Program-made: the position numbers and the translations under genes
Source of the DNA: Geosiphon pyriformis uo1
Taxonomy: Eukaryota > Fungi > Glomeromycota
Reading direction: 5' to 3'
Length of the DNA: 64,000 nucleotides
Assembly: GCA_016748015.1 (NCBI GenBank)
Contig: JAAOMT010000603.1
Span: 497,068 to 561,067 of the forward strand
In this document: piece after piece, positions 1 through 12,690 of the stretch
Position numbering within the stretch: the stretch's first letter is position 1
Layout: each line of letters starts with the position of its first letter
The notes under the pieces: model-generated
Databases searched by the model: none
Told to the model about the DNA's origin: nothing
The model's input: the letters and a program-made list of their open reading frames with translations, nothing else

Positions 1-1917
1 CTAAGTTCCTCCTCAGGATATTGGAATATATGATAAGGTAATAATCTTTTGGTAACATCTTCGAATGATTCGAAAGGTGTTTTATAATCGGGACACAAAA
101 CGGCTTGTTGATCACGTGCTATTGCCTGAAGAAATCTTGAAGTTTATTGAAAAAGGTTTCAATTTTTACTAGTTTGTTTGACTGGCATCAAAGAAAGAAG
201 ATCCATATATGCCTACCTTTGACCGATATCTTCCTCAGGAGTCATAGGTTGATTCATTCTTGGGTAAAGCTCTGTGGTTTGCATATGCGTAATTGGTTGT
301 GCTATTATTCTAGGACCTTCTTGAAGCTCCATAGTTCTTGATATTTGGGATTGACCACACTGATTATCAGATATACCTTCATCATCTGGGGTCATCTGCT
401 GACGCGGCCTTTTTTTAGAGTATTTTCCGGTTTTAGTATATTTTCGGGTTATCTTAAAATCTTTAGACGTATCAGAGTTTATTTCAGATGCATTAAGCGG
501 ACCATTTGATGGGGGCGGCGAACTAACGGGTATTACTAATGGCCTAACTGTTCGAGGTATCGATAGATTAATGCTTGTAGGCAACTGGGGTGCTGGATTT
601 GCATTTAATGCAATTGGAATATGGGCTTCTATTGAGGGTTGAGATTTAGAAACTTGTGTTGCAGTCGGAATCGATAGCACAGGTTGGGAAGGCGAAGATT
701 GTGGCATAATAGGTCTATTAGACCCTGTTTGAATCCCGGTACGAGGTATCGAGAAACTAGATGGTTGCGGTATGCTATGTTGAGAATGATTATTTGGATT
801 TAGTGCAGGTGGAGAATGCACTTCTATTGAAGCTTCAGATTTAGATGCTTGCGCAGCAGCTTGTGGCACGATAACTCTATTGATTCCTAATTGAATACCA
901 GACGGCTGTTTTAATGATGTTGAGGATGATACAGGCTGTTGAATCATGGATGGTCGATGAGTTGTTGTATTGGATGTCCCGATTTTTGATTGATCAATTG
1001 ATGCTGCGGTTGCTGGTGCTGTTAATTGTTGAGCAGTGGTTTTTCCGGGAGGGTTATTATCTGGGATTACAACATTTTGGTGAAGGGCTTTGATCTTTTC
1101 AAGCAATATCTCTCTTTTATGGGGTTCGAGTGATTGCACTGACATGTTTCCATGAAGCTTGTAAACTATTTGCCCATCTTTCTGGACCATTAATACCGGA
1201 ATACCAGCCAATTCAAGTTCCCTCACTACATGTTGATTGGAGTTATCAAATTGATTGCTCTTTTGCTGTGAAGGCATAAGCATACCATTTGAGTTTGTTT
1301 TAGTTGTAGATGTCGATTTGCAATTGTTATTTGATGAGATGCCAGATCGCGAGAGGCTTTTGGCTTTGAATGTGAGATGAGGATTTACCCGCCCATTCAA
1401 TTTAGATGGTACTTTTAATTGCGCCTTCTTTTCATTAACCCCAAAATCAGAGTTATGGATCGTTTGAGTGTTATGGGTTACAGGAACTTTTGGCGTCTGA
1501 GAAAGTGAGTTTTTTTGGGTATTTGCAGAGAGCTGGATAGATACCTATAGAAATATAGCAATTGTTTTCATTTTAAACTAGTCTTAAATCGAGGGATGTT
1601 CAGATGATTGGAAGCTTATAACTTCACTGAAGTCATACCGATTCAGCAGGTTTTCTAAAGTTTTCCGGTGGTCGGGTCATTTCCTCGGTAACTTTACAAA
1701 TGCTACCTTGTAACTGCAAGAGTTTCTCTTCTGTGGATGAACGACCATTATTTCGTTCGCTTTCTCCGCGTGGAGAATTTTCTTCCAGAATTTGACCATT
1801 TTGAAGGCGGGAATTTGCCGGTTGCGAAGGTAGGTGATTTTGATCTGCTGAAGTTTGCTGGATCTCTTCTGAAGATTGGTTTGTAGCTAAAGTGCAGTTG
1901 AAATTGGTGCGGACCAT
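1..1917 (-). CDS. GLTSCR1/BICRA-domain protein (non-canonical SWI/SNF subunit-like), 3'-partial
   Basis: Exons about 1917-1639, 1544-217 and 135-<1 joined by GT..AG introns that keep the frame (last acceptor is AAG). The last exon reads RFLQAIARDQQAVLCPDYKTPFESFEDVTKRLLPYHIFQYPEEEL, the GLTSCR1 signature (PDY.TPF....D...RLLPYH). Low-complexity S/P/Q N-terminus and a basic RKYTKTGKYSKK motif. Confidence 0.8.
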
Positions 1918-2969
1918 ATTTTCTGACGCTTTAGAGTGATTATATGTATATCGAGCAACGAACAAGTTAGAAAAAGGCCCAGTTTTTTCGCTGATGGTGA
2001 AGGAAAAAAGATAGTTGCGAAATTGGAATGCAAGTTTAAAATTTTGCTAGTAATCTTATTACCAGTTAAGTAATATGGAGAAAAATTGCACCCTAAAATT
2101 ATGATATAGGACTTAACAAAGCACCATAAAGCAAGGAATGCAAGAGTTTTAATGCCGCGTTGCCTTATCGGTTGGTTGTAAAGTTGGTGATACGTCACCA
2201 ACTTCATTCTGAGTGTGTACGTGTATAAAAAATTTAATATTGTTTTTTTATTATTTATTATATAATATTATATTATTTTTATAATTTTTATATATTTTAA
2301 AAAATAATATTCAGATAAATAAATAATTATATTATTAAGAAATAAAAATAAATTGTTATAATAAATTATTAAATTTAAAATAATAATAATAAAAAAATAA
2401 AAAATAAATTATATTTGTTAAAATAAAAAAATAGAATTAATTTTTATTCAATATAATTTATAATAATATTAAATTTCTTATTTCATTTTTGATTTATAAT
2501 TATTTGTTATAAATTATTTTATTAATTTAAATTTTATTAATAAATACAAAGTACTATATGCATTTTGTTTTTTTATATTACATAAACAAGACTTTTTTAT
2601 TTTTATATATTTAAAAAATTTTGAATTAAATTATTCATTAAATTTAAACAAAAAAATATCCATTATTAAAAATAATAGAAAATAAAATAAAGTTTTGTTT
2701 TAAAATAAATATTGTGTTAAAATACAAAATAAACGAATAATAAAAATTATTATTTAAAATGCTAAAAACACTATATATTATATTAAAATTATTTTTCAAT
2801 TTGAAAAAAATTTTCCATATTATTTTAAAAGTAAAAGGTTTTTGATGAGTCACATTTTTTTCTCCAATGAATAAAATTTAAAACACCATCAGCACAAAAA
2901 AAAAATTTTCAAAATTTCAACATGGTAAGCGCCGCTTTTTGTATTTTGATTCAACAAAACTAGAAAAAA

Positions 2970-3049
2970 ATGATGACTATTGTAAAAAAATTTCAAACTA
3001 GAGTTTCCGAAAGTTCTTAAAATGAGCGAGAACATGCACAAATTGCTGA
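2970..3049 (+). ncRNA. SNR78: Box C/D snoRNA, snR78 homologue
   Basis: Box C ATGATGA at 2970 and box D CTGA at 3046. Guide CAAACTAGAG(TTTCCGA) is antisense to LSU rRNA CTCTAGTTTG, as in yeast snR78. Confidence 0.85.
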
Positions 3050-3230
3050 TTCATTCCATAGTATTTCTTTTACAGCATGATTTTTAGTATATGCTAACGG
3101 AATTTTGCTTTTGTTCTTGCCTCTACTTTCTTTATGAAGAACCCTTTTATCATGACCCCTAGAAGACCTCAGTGAGAAAACAACTTCAGGTACGCATAAT
3201 TGTTCCTACCCATCTACTTTTCAGCACGCT

Positions 3231-3314
3231 ATGATGATTCACTGCATTTATAAAATACGCTGGAATTACCGGCTGAACTATAATGTTGAGAATAATTGCA
3301 CTACAAAACACTGA
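3231..3314 (+). ncRNA. SNR77: Box C/D snoRNA, snR77 homologue
   Basis: Box C ATGATGA at 3231. Guide GCTGGAATTACC, antisense to SSU rRNA GGTAATTCCAGC, lies before D' CTGA at 3273. Box D at 3311. Confidence 0.88.
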
Positions 3315-3703
3315 GCCACAAGAAGCAGCCTATTCAGTTTAGCTTGATTGTTCTCGGATTTTGAAAATTTTTTGCTTTCATTTATTATTCTGTAGCTTCA
3401 ATAACGTATCACATGGTCCAAATATCTAAAACAGAGTCTTGGATATTTAAACCTTATGAGTTATTTTAAGGTAATTACTTATAATATTAATCTCCCAAAC
3501 GTTAAATTTTATGCCAATTTGAACACACTTATAACTTGGCTCTCTTCATAGTGAAGGTAGATATTATCAGACTCTTGATGGTATCTTTTTCTGTTGAATG
3601 AGGTCCAAAATCTTGGATCTCGCTTTTGGGTTCGACAATTTTCCTAATTAAATGTAAGTTTTTGGTTTTATATTTCTCTGTTTGTGGTCGGATTGATTTT
3701 GAG

Positions 3704-3784
3704 ATGAGGAAACGCACTGGGCACTGAAAAAATTGATTGTGTTGATATTGCTTTTTGACCGGCCTAGAAAACCGGGTTTACTGA
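3704..3784 (+). ncRNA. SNR76: Box C/D snoRNA, snR76 homologue
   Basis: Box C variant ATGAGGA. Guide GCACTGGGCA+CTGA is antisense to LSU TGCCCAGTGC. Carries the GGCCTAGAAAACC segment recalled from yeast snR76. Box D at 3781. Confidence 0.85.
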
Positions 3785-4055
3785 TCCTAAAGTCAAAGTT
3801 TTTATCATTCTATGAAAATGTTTTTTTTTTTACTTAATACTTATCCCTTTGTTTCATCTAGTCTATCTTTAATTCTAGAATATCAATTAAATTAAATTAA
3901 TAATGTACAAGATATCAAGGTAAGTTATGAAAATATTTAATATTAATGAATTATTAAAACTAATTAATTTATTCTTTAATGGAATATTCGTCTTCAAAGT
4001 TGAATTTCACCAAAAGGTAAGCTGTAATTATTATTTTTGATTCTATTGAGAAAAT

Positions 4056-4128
4056 ATGATGATTTTTGATGACGAGTCAGAAAGACAAACTGTTGAGATA
4101 AACTCTAATACCATTCATGCAAAACTGA
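4056..4128 (+). ncRNA. SNR75: Box C/D snoRNA, snR75 homologue
   Basis: Box C ATGATGA. GATGACGAG is antisense to LSU CTCGTCATC and CCATTCATGC is antisense to LSU GCATGAATGG. Box D CTGA at 4125. Confidence 0.88.
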
Positions 4129-4356
4129 CTATTACTGGGCTCACAAATGAAATACAGATAGTTCTTATAAGATGAATACCTATTAACAAAACAACTTTTA
4201 TCTATTACCAAGATGTAGTGAATTGAATACAATTATAGCGAGACTTCACACGCTGTTGATGGTGGATTCAGTTGATACACCAAGTTTGAAGGTATCTATT
4301 CATTTTATTTAGAAAAACATTTTACCTTTCTCGATCTGAAATAAGTTATATGGCAA

Positions 4357-4422
4357 TTGATGATTTACATTTATTGACAAGCATATGTCTGAATCTTGAC
4401 TGTTGAAAATTTATTAATCTGA
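4357..4422 (+). ncRNA. SNR74: Box C/D snoRNA, snR74 homologue
   Basis: Box C TTGATGA. Guide GACAAGCATATG is antisense to the SSU 5' region CATATGCTTGTC. D' at 4389, D at 4419, short GCA/TGC terminal stem. Confidence 0.88.
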
Positions 4423-4625
4423 TGCAAACTCATTTTTCGATTCCGATAATGTTTCGGCTGGAATTCAAAAATCTAATTTTCTCCATGATCTTTTTTGAAT
4501 AATATAAAGGTTTCATTCGCCAATTCCTATTGACAAACATTGTTGAACAATCACCCAAGCTAAAATATAGGTATGTAACATTTTTTTCCCGTTACCACAG
4601 GTAGTGTATCTATAGTTTGCGAAAT

Positions 4626-4707
4626 ATGATGATATCAATTTTATCACGACGGTCTTATTAGACTTTATTGGTCGCTGATTAAACCGCCATCTTGGCATCT
4701 TTTCTGA
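4626..4707 (+). ncRNA. SNR73: Box C/D snoRNA, snR73 homologue
   Basis: Box C ATGATGA. Guide TCACGACGGTC is antisense to LSU GACCGTCGTGA. Box D CTGA at 4704. Confidence 0.85.
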
Positions 4708-5325
4708 AAATCCAATTTTATTGTTTTTTAAATCTAATTATGAATCAAAAGTATTTACTTCAAATTACTTTCATTACCCGTTTTGGTTGGATTCTCCCTT
4801 TGAAAATAGATGACGATTCTTGAAGTCGGGAATAATTAGTTATCAAGAGATGATGTTCGATTTTTAATTGGGAAAAATAATCATCCAATCGAATCCAGGC
4901 TGTAAATTAATAGGGTTTAAATTTTCTGGAAGTGTTAACAATATAAAAAATTATATATTAAAAAGGTCCTGAAAACAAGAAACTACATTTTGAAAAAAGC
5001 ATTGTCTCAATTTGATCGGCGATGGAAAAGCCGAAATGATCGATTAAAAAAAAAAATTTGTCCCAATCATACCGTTTCTCCACACAAAAAAGCCAATTAA
5101 TACCCAATAATAGGTCTATGAAATAGAAGTTTTTTCACTTTAAACAAACACTTAACAAACACATCACTCCCACTTTCTTTTGCGTCTAGAACCTACATAA
5201 AAGGGCTCTTTCCTCAAGTTAACTTCTTTCCTCTACATCTGCTGAATTTCCCTTCCAACTATTCAAAACAATAACTCAACAAGCGAAATAAATCAACTCA
5301 ATAATACTCTTATTACCAAAGGAAA

Positions 5326-6168
5326 ATGCCTCCAATAGTTGCCGAACAAAAATTCACTGGTCACCTTGGATCACTTAGTCCTCAACAGGCTGAAACTTTG
5401 GAAAAGTTTCGTCAAGAACTAATTACTGCAGGGGTTTTTGACGAAAAGCGTCATGATGATGCCTGTCTTTTGCGGTTTTTGCGGGCCCGAAAATTTGATC
5501 TTAACAAAGCAAAGAAAATGTTCCTTGATTGCGAGAAATGGCGAAAAGAATTCGGTGTCGACGAACTTGTAAAGACTTTTGATTATACCGAACGTGATGA
5601 AGTTATGAAATATTATCCTCGATATTATCACAAAACAGACAAACAAGGACGCCCTATTTATATTGAAGAAATCGGGAAAGTTGATATCAAGGCTTTATAT
5701 CAAATCACAACTTTGGAAAGACAGATTCAAAACCTGGTTGTGGAGTATGAAAAACTGGCAAATGTTAGAGTACATGCATGTTCAAAGAAAGCCGGGAAAT
5801 TAATTGAAACCTCGTGCACCATTCTGGATCTTAAAGGCGTTTCCCTTCGCTCCTTTTCGAACGTTCTCAGCTTTGTAAAACAAGCGTCTAATATAGGTCA
5901 AAATTATTACCCAGAGCGGATGGGAAAATTCTACATCATCAATACACCCGTTCTTTTTGCATCCGTCTGGAATTTAGTAAAGCCAATGTTGGACGAAGTC
6001 ACTACTGCTAAAATTGTCATCCTAAATCAGAAATATAAAAATAAATTGCTAGAAAATATTGATCCTGAAAATCTTCCAGCAAAATTTGGCGGTACCTGCA
6101 ACTGTCCCGGAGGTTGTGAACTCAGTGATGCTGGGCCATGGCAGGAGCCACCGGTTCCATCAACGTAA
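5326..6168 (+). CDS. SEC14: Sec14 phosphatidylinositol/phosphatidylcholine transfer protein (intronless)
   Basis: 280-aa ORF with LLRFLRARKF, YYPRYYHKTDKQGRP, QNYYPERMGKFYIIN, LPAKFGG and SDAGPW. Confidence 0.96.
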   Translation: MPPIVAEQKFTGHLGSLSPQQAETLEKFRQELITAGVFDEKRHDDACLLRFLRARKFDLNKAKKMFLDCEKWRKEFGVDELVKTFDYTERDEVMKYYPRYYHKTDKQGRPIYIEEIGKVDIKALYQITTLERQIQNLVVEYEKLANVRVHACSKKAGKLIETSCTILDLKGVSLRSFSNVLSFVKQASNIGQNYYPERMGKFYIINTPVLFASVWNLVKPMLDEVTTAKIVILNQKYKNKLLENIDPENLPAKFGGTCNCPGGCELSDAGPWQEPPVPST

Positions 6169-6637
6169 TCCCCCTGTTGAAAGAATTTTTATACAAGATT
6201 TATGATAATAGACTAAATTTAGATGTGTTCTTGGAAAGAAGTTGGATTCCCTTTAGTAGTTGCAAATAATTGATATATATATCTCTCTATGTCATATATA
6301 GGTCGATTTTTTGCAGTCTTAAATTCTTGACGCCATTTTTCCTTTTATTCCTTTGTTTCTCTTCGTTAGTTTCTTTTAAATTATAATTAAAGATAGAGAT
6401 CGAAAAGATTTAATTATATTTGAAGGTCAGTTAAGAACAATGATATCAATAGATCTAACAATAATAAAAAAGTTTTTTTTGATAATGATATCTTGTATTT
6501 GAACGCTTCACTATCTCTCAATTTATCCTGAAGTTTAAAGCATAATTTGAAACGGTGTGAATTTTGTTATTCATTCCTGTGTTTTCAAACAATCTATGAG
6601 GGAAATAAATAAAGATCTTGAACAAAATCTAGAAAAT

Positions 6638-7784
6638 CTAATTCTTATCAGATAAGGAACGGTAAAATGCGTTGTGTGAATTCTCTAAATCAAATAATAA
6701 CTGGCGCACTTGGTCATCGTCAAGCTCATCACTAGCTTTCATGGCATTCAATGTAATCAGCCAATTTCTGATTTTAGCTTTCCCTTCAAAATCTGCTGGC
6801 AACGAGCTGACATTGTTTAGACTTTGAATTAATTCACTAAGCATTGGGTGAATATCGTCAACTGCCCTATATTTTAATCTCAATGCGTCCATTGAGGTAA
6901 TGAAATGCTAAGAGTTTAAAAATAAAAGAAGTAATGAGGGCGAGAAATTTTAATGTCATCAAACAAATTTGTTTGCCATAAAAATCACCTGCACAGTTTC
7001 CGCCACATACTTGGCAGAATTGCCTGAATCATGATCAGCTATAGTTGAATGCTCGATGGTGGCAGGCACCCCGATTTTAAAACGATTAACGGCTGCGGGA
7101 CACTCTAACTTGAAGTTGGTCATGAAAGGGAATTAATCAAGAAGATTAGAGATAAAGGAAATTTAAAAACATGAAAATGGCTAATGGATCATTGTTTCAA
7201 GAATATTACTTTATAATCATTCATAAATTTATCCACATCCGGCATAGAATCACTCACTAAATTCAAAGCGGTTTTGTATTGTGCTATCAATTTTGCACAA
7301 GCTGGTGTGTATCTAAGAATGAAATGTTTTGATTCGTCTATCACTTTTATGAAAACACGATCGTGTGTTCCCTTCCGATTTAATTCTTACTCTGTCGCGG
7401 TTATTGAGTCTCGAATATAGGCTTTTTCCAGGTGCTCCATTGTAACAATAATAGCGTATAAATCCGCGAGATTTTCAAATTTTTCTCTGTCTTTGTTATT
7501 CGTATAAAGTCTAATTTCCTAAGAGAAAATATTTAAGGAAATAAGTTTTTTTTTAGTAAACAGAATGGGATATCATTAACCGTGTGCTCTCACTTTAAAA
7601 TGAAAATATAATACCTGATCAAGTGCAAGATCTTTAAAGGTAGAAAAGGTTGATAGTGTACTTGGAAAATTTAAAAAACCCGATTAAAAAACCAAAAAAA
7701 AAACTTACTGTGCTCAGTCGAAATTTCGTTCCTCGAAGGCCCGTAAGCGGTCAAATGACTAAAACTAACCGATTGATTTTGCAT
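6638..7784 (-). CDS. VPS28: ESCRT-I subunit Vps28
   Basis: Multi-exon gene (about 7784-7709, 7631-7615, 7518-7391, 7311-7210, 7108-6989, 6907-6638). Reads EIRLYTNNKDREKFENLADLYAIIVTMEHLEKAYIRDS...FITSMDALRL...DDDQVRQLLFDLE. Confidence 0.92.
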
Positions 7785-8112
7785 CTGGTACAAATTTTAA
7801 GGGAAGGAATATTGAAAGCTTTAAGAAGTGGATTCAAGTTCATCTTGCAACAATAAAGATCTTCGAGGTCGTCGATCTATTATCTATCAGAGATTGTGTC
7901 GATCAGTGTATAATCCCATTGTTACCAATTGAAGCTGCCCTTAAAAAAATTATGCAGTGATTTTCGTGAAAGTTGATAAATTCCCACGCTAAGACCATCT
8001 CCGTTGTTATCACATTTCAACTCTATTATCATCCATTACCCAATACGCTCTCCCCTTTTACCCGTTCCTTTGAATTCAAGAACTATTTCGAAAGTTCTTT
8101 GGCTCAACGAGA

Positions 8113-10266
8113 ATGGCGCAAATCTATTTAGAAGTTAAGGGGGTTCGTAAGACCGACTCAAATTCTACTATAAAACTCTGTTTTGACGGTGAATCGTTAT
8201 TTATCACCAGAGAGCCAAACCAGAAATTCGTTAAATTCTCAATTTGGTAACTCTTTAAGCACTTTTGCCTCAGATTTTCTGGCCCTATGTTGACTTCACA
8301 CATTTAATCAACAAAATTTTCGTTTATAAATTTAAGGGATCGTAATGTGCCAACCTTGTTAGTATGAGATTCAATTTCTTATTTTTACGCAGAAATAAAA
8401 CTGACGATTTTCAAGCTACGTTGTCTCGAATTGTTCGTCCTCTGTAAAATCAAACTTGATCAAAAATCTCCTATCTCAAATCTTCAAAATTTTCTTAGAA
8501 ACATTCTAGACATATGTTTAGATGATACAGGTAAAATCAGAATCAACACTCTCCTCCCTAGAAACTCGAGGAATTTACGTTTGAGGTCTTTTTACTTTGA
8601 GCCTGTTAAACAAGATGACGCTCAAATTTGGATTGAATTAATCAATCCCGTGATCTATAAAGGTCATTTAATTAATAGAATTTTAAGATTTTCGATGAAT
8701 CTTTTGTATAAAAACGATTCACATGATTTCAATATATACAATACTTAATTAACTTAGATATAAAACGAGGTAAAAAATTCAAAGTCATTGCTAACCCTTT
8801 CGGTGGAACAGGCAAAGCCAGAAAGATTTTCGTGGATCAAGTTAAACCGATTTTTGATGCAGCTGGATGCACATATGATGTTATTTGTAAGTATATGATC
8901 ACTTGTTATCTATTTAAAATATTAAAAACTTTACGAAATAATATAACAGACACTGAACGAAGGTATCATGCTCAAGAAATTGCTCAAAAATCAGACCTGA
9001 ATGGATACGATGCCTTAGTCATGATTAGTGGTGACGGTATAATTCATGAAGTTATCAATGGTCTATTATCCAGAGAAGATGCCCCTTACTTAAATATTCC
9101 TCTTGGGGTGATTCCAGGAGGTAGGATAAATTCAAAAAAAAAAAACGATTTTTTCCTTCTCCAATCAATCATTAACCTATCATCTCTTCACAATAAGGCA
9201 CTGGTAATGCACTTAGTGTTTGTTTACTAGGAGAAGAGAAGGGGCTAAGCGCGCAACATGCTGTACTTTCCATAATCAAAGGTATTCAACCATCATAGGA
9301 AAAATGCTTCTCGGGTATTTTTACTGATATTTGCAAATATTTTAGGACACCCACTGAAATTAGACGTATGTTCCATCACGCAAGGAGAAAAAAGATATTT
9401 CTCTTTTTTATCGCAGAACTTTGGTATTATCGCGGACATAGATATTGGAACAGAGCATTTAAGGTGAGCATAACTATATTAAATTCAGATTAGCTCATAA
9501 TGTCATTAATTACTTAAACAATACGTCTGATATGCTTTAGATGGATGGGTGATTTGCGGCTTACCTATGGTGTAATAAAGTGTACATTACAAGATCGCAG
9601 TTATCCTTGTGAGATGGCTTTAAAAATTGTTGATCAAGATTTTAATAACATCAAGCAAGGTTATCGCGATTTATACAATAAACCTGTAGAAAAAGAGATC
9701 ACGTCGGCTGAATCATTTAACGACCCTAACCTTGGTCCCACAGAGAATCGAATCGTTGATGTTTTTGGTAGCATTAATGATCCTGTTCCTGATGATTGGA
9801 TTACATTTACCGAAGATATTAGCATGTTTTATGCAGGTAAAGTACCATGGATGGCAAAGGGAGTGCTTGCTTTTCCATGCGCATTACCGGGCGATGGAAA
9901 CCTGGATATTTGCATCACACGGAAGAAAAAAATAACGAGGATAAAAGCTTTGGAAATTATAACCAAATTTGAGACAGGAGCTCACGTTGACCAACAAGAG
10001 GTAGACATTTTCTTATAATACACACTTTCCTTTGTCTTAGATCCGGATTTAATATAGATTTAATTGAATTGAATTGAACGGAACGAACGAACGAACAGGT
10101 CGAATATTTTAAAGTGAAGGCTTATCGTATATCACCAAAAGCCAGTGAGGGGATAATTTGTATTGATGGAGAAAGAGTACCGTTCGAAGCTTTCCAAGTA
10201 GAAGTTCATCAAAAACTATTGACCTTTATAAGTTTGGAAGGGAAGTATGCTCCTACTGGGATATAA
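8113..10266 (+). CDS. Sphingoid long-chain-base (sphingosine) kinase, LCB4/LCB5 family
   Basis: Multi-exon. Motifs ANPFGGTG, ISGDGIIHEVING, IPGG|TGNAL, GIIADIDIGTE..RWMG and CIDGE. ATG at 8113, stop at 10264-10266. Divergent from VPS28 with about 330 bp between them. Confidence 0.9.
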
Positions 10267-10774
10267 ATTTTTTCTTCTTGTAAATACCCAGTATTTCTAA
10301 ACTTTTTACTAAAAAACCCGATTAGATTAAAAAATTAATATGTATTTTCAAATATGTGACAATTTAATAATAATAATAATAAAATGAGACATAATATTAT
10401 AATATTAGACAATAAATAAGCAATAATATAAACATTGATCAATCATCAAACCAAATTTAGATAACAAAGAAATTAATTTAGCTGTAAATACAGATAATTA
10501 ATGATAAAAGTAAAAACATGATTTAAATTTTTTTAATAATTATAGGCAACATAATAATATTTATTGGAAAAAAATTAATATAATTTTATTTATATTAATT
10601 AAAAATAATTAATAAGTTGAGAATTTCAATAAAATCAAAATGATTCAATATAAAAAAAAATTAGTAATAATAATCATGATTTAATGGTTTAACAATTTTA
10701 CATAATAATAATTTATACGTTAAAATAAAAAAATATTTTCATCAGGTTACAAAAAGAATATAGTTTTTAGAGAA

Positions 10775-11071
10775 CTATACTATTACTATTATTATTATTA
10801 TTATTATTACTATTACTATTACCATTACTATTATTATTACTATTACTATTACTATTACTATTACTATTATTATTACAAAAAAACATTTGGCAAATGCAAA
10901 TGACGTGTAAAACAAAATGACGTGTACAAAACAAAATGACGTGTAAAATAAGAAAATCAGTAAAGAATTTTGAGAAATTCTTTAATATTTTCGATTTTTC
11001 TCGGAAATCTGAAAACTTGCTTTTTTTCCCCCTATTTCATAAGTGCGCCACTCTACGCATTATTATTATTA

Positions 11072-11102
<31 letters not shown>

Positions 11103-11128
11103 TATTATTATTATTATTATTTTTATTA

Positions 11129-11166
<38 letters not shown>

Positions 11167-11180
11167 TTTATTTTTATTTT
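10775..11180. repeat. (TAT/TAC)n microsatellites
   Basis: Visible trinucleotide tracts at about 10775-10875 and 11060-11180. They explain the spurious poly-I/L/Y ORFs. Confidence 0.95.
10898..10948 (+). promoter_or_regulatory. Triple tandem AAATGACGTGTA (CRE/bZIP-like sites)
   Basis: TGACGTGT at 10901, 10918 and 10937. Confidence 0.45.
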
Positions 11181-12260
11181 TACCTGTGAACATTACCCTA
11201 AAATAATTTTAGATACACAAAGTCCCTTGATTCTTATGATGTGTCACATTAGATTACGAATTCATTTAGTTGGGAAAGCTAATTTAAATCAAAGGATAAA
11301 ATTAATTTATTTGTGTGTGCACATGTGTTTGATAAAGGTTTACTACCCAAAGATAGATTTTTTGGGAGGATTTTCATTTGACCGGATAATTATTTGAATT
11401 GTGAATTGGGGAAGCGGAGTCACGGAAACCTTTTTTTTTTTTTCACGTTATTTTAATACTATTGTAATTTAATAGACAAACTGGGGGTAAAAATAAAAAT
11501 AAAAATAAAAAATGTCAGTGGCACGCATAAACTTTTTTTTTGCCACTGGAATTTTTTTTTAACTTAAACAGTCAAATCAGACTGACTGTATTTCTTTGAT
11601 GAAAAAAAAATTTGACTCTTTTCCCTCAACAATTCATGATCATGTTATATTTAATAATTGACACATTCCCTTTTCAATTGATCAAAAAAAACTGTTTTAG
11701 GCAAAATAAGAAATAACTGATAACTTCATTGATAGATTACCTTTTGATGAGACTCTTTGAAAAACCCACGTTTTTTCTTTGCTTAATAATGAGAAATGCA
11801 TTATTTTTTATTTTGACTTTCGATCTATAATCTTTTTAAAGTTAGTATTTTATTTTAAGAACGGCTAAATTTCATATATATATATATATACATACATATA
11901 TATATATTTTTTTCTAATTGGGTAGTCGAGAAATTAATTCTAACCAGTAATCTATGTGATATTTCCGAAAATATATATTTTTGGGATTATTTTTGGGATT
12001 ATTTGGCGGCTAGACCAGTCCATTCCATTTATAAAATACTCAAAGTTTTTTTCGATGGATCATACGATATTGTAAAAAGTTATAAGATGGTAGTACAAAT
12101 TCTCTAGAAATAGATGTACAAAAGATTGTCAAAGATATTATCTTATAATTATATAAGTGTTTCTTTTTCTTTTTCTTTTTCTTTTTACGCAGTAAATATT
12201 ATAAAATTAAAAGAAGTAAGTGTCGCAAATCTATTCTTATTTTCGAAAGTTTATTCATTG

Positions 12261-12690
12261 CACACACACACACACACACATACACATACACAGACACAGA
12301 CACACACACACACAAATATACACACACAAATATACACCCTACCCTAAAAATTCTAGGCTGTGTCAATTGAATTGTACGTCTTCGGTAATTTTCATTCTTC
12401 ATTATTCATTCCCACCCCTTTTTTTTTAATGATTCACAATGTCTGTTGCCTCTCCCTTCCTAGACGTGTATAAAGACAAGGGCACCAATAAAATTACAAA
12501 ACATTTCGGATTCATTTCTCCATTTGAATGCATCCAATTTTGTTTGACCGTCTTGTGTTAAATGTCTAAAAGAAGAGCGTCAGGTATTCAATTTTCTCGT
12601 TGGGATGTTCGATCGGTGGTACACACACACATATATACATATATATACACATATAAACACACATATACACATACAATACACACACACACA
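12261..12690. repeat. (CA)n-type microsatellites
   Basis: Tracts at about 12261-12330 and 12621-12690. Confidence 0.9.

Larger units (their letters stand above)
2880..4800 (+). ncRNA. Spliced non-coding snoRNA host transcript (snR78-73 cluster)
   Basis: Canonical donors at about 2925 (GTAAGC), 3190, 3471, 3654, 3920, 4017, 4292 and 4571, with short ORF-less exons. Six introns each contain a C/D snoRNA. Transcript ends are approximate. Confidence 0.75.

Noticed and set aside
2922-2935. TGGTAAGCGCCG as a tRNA-iMet primer-binding site
   Set aside because: It is the first splice donor of the snoRNA host, with no LTR nearby.
4800-4905. Seventh snoRNA (snR72)
   Set aside because: Only degenerate C-like boxes; no recognisable guide or properly placed CTGA.
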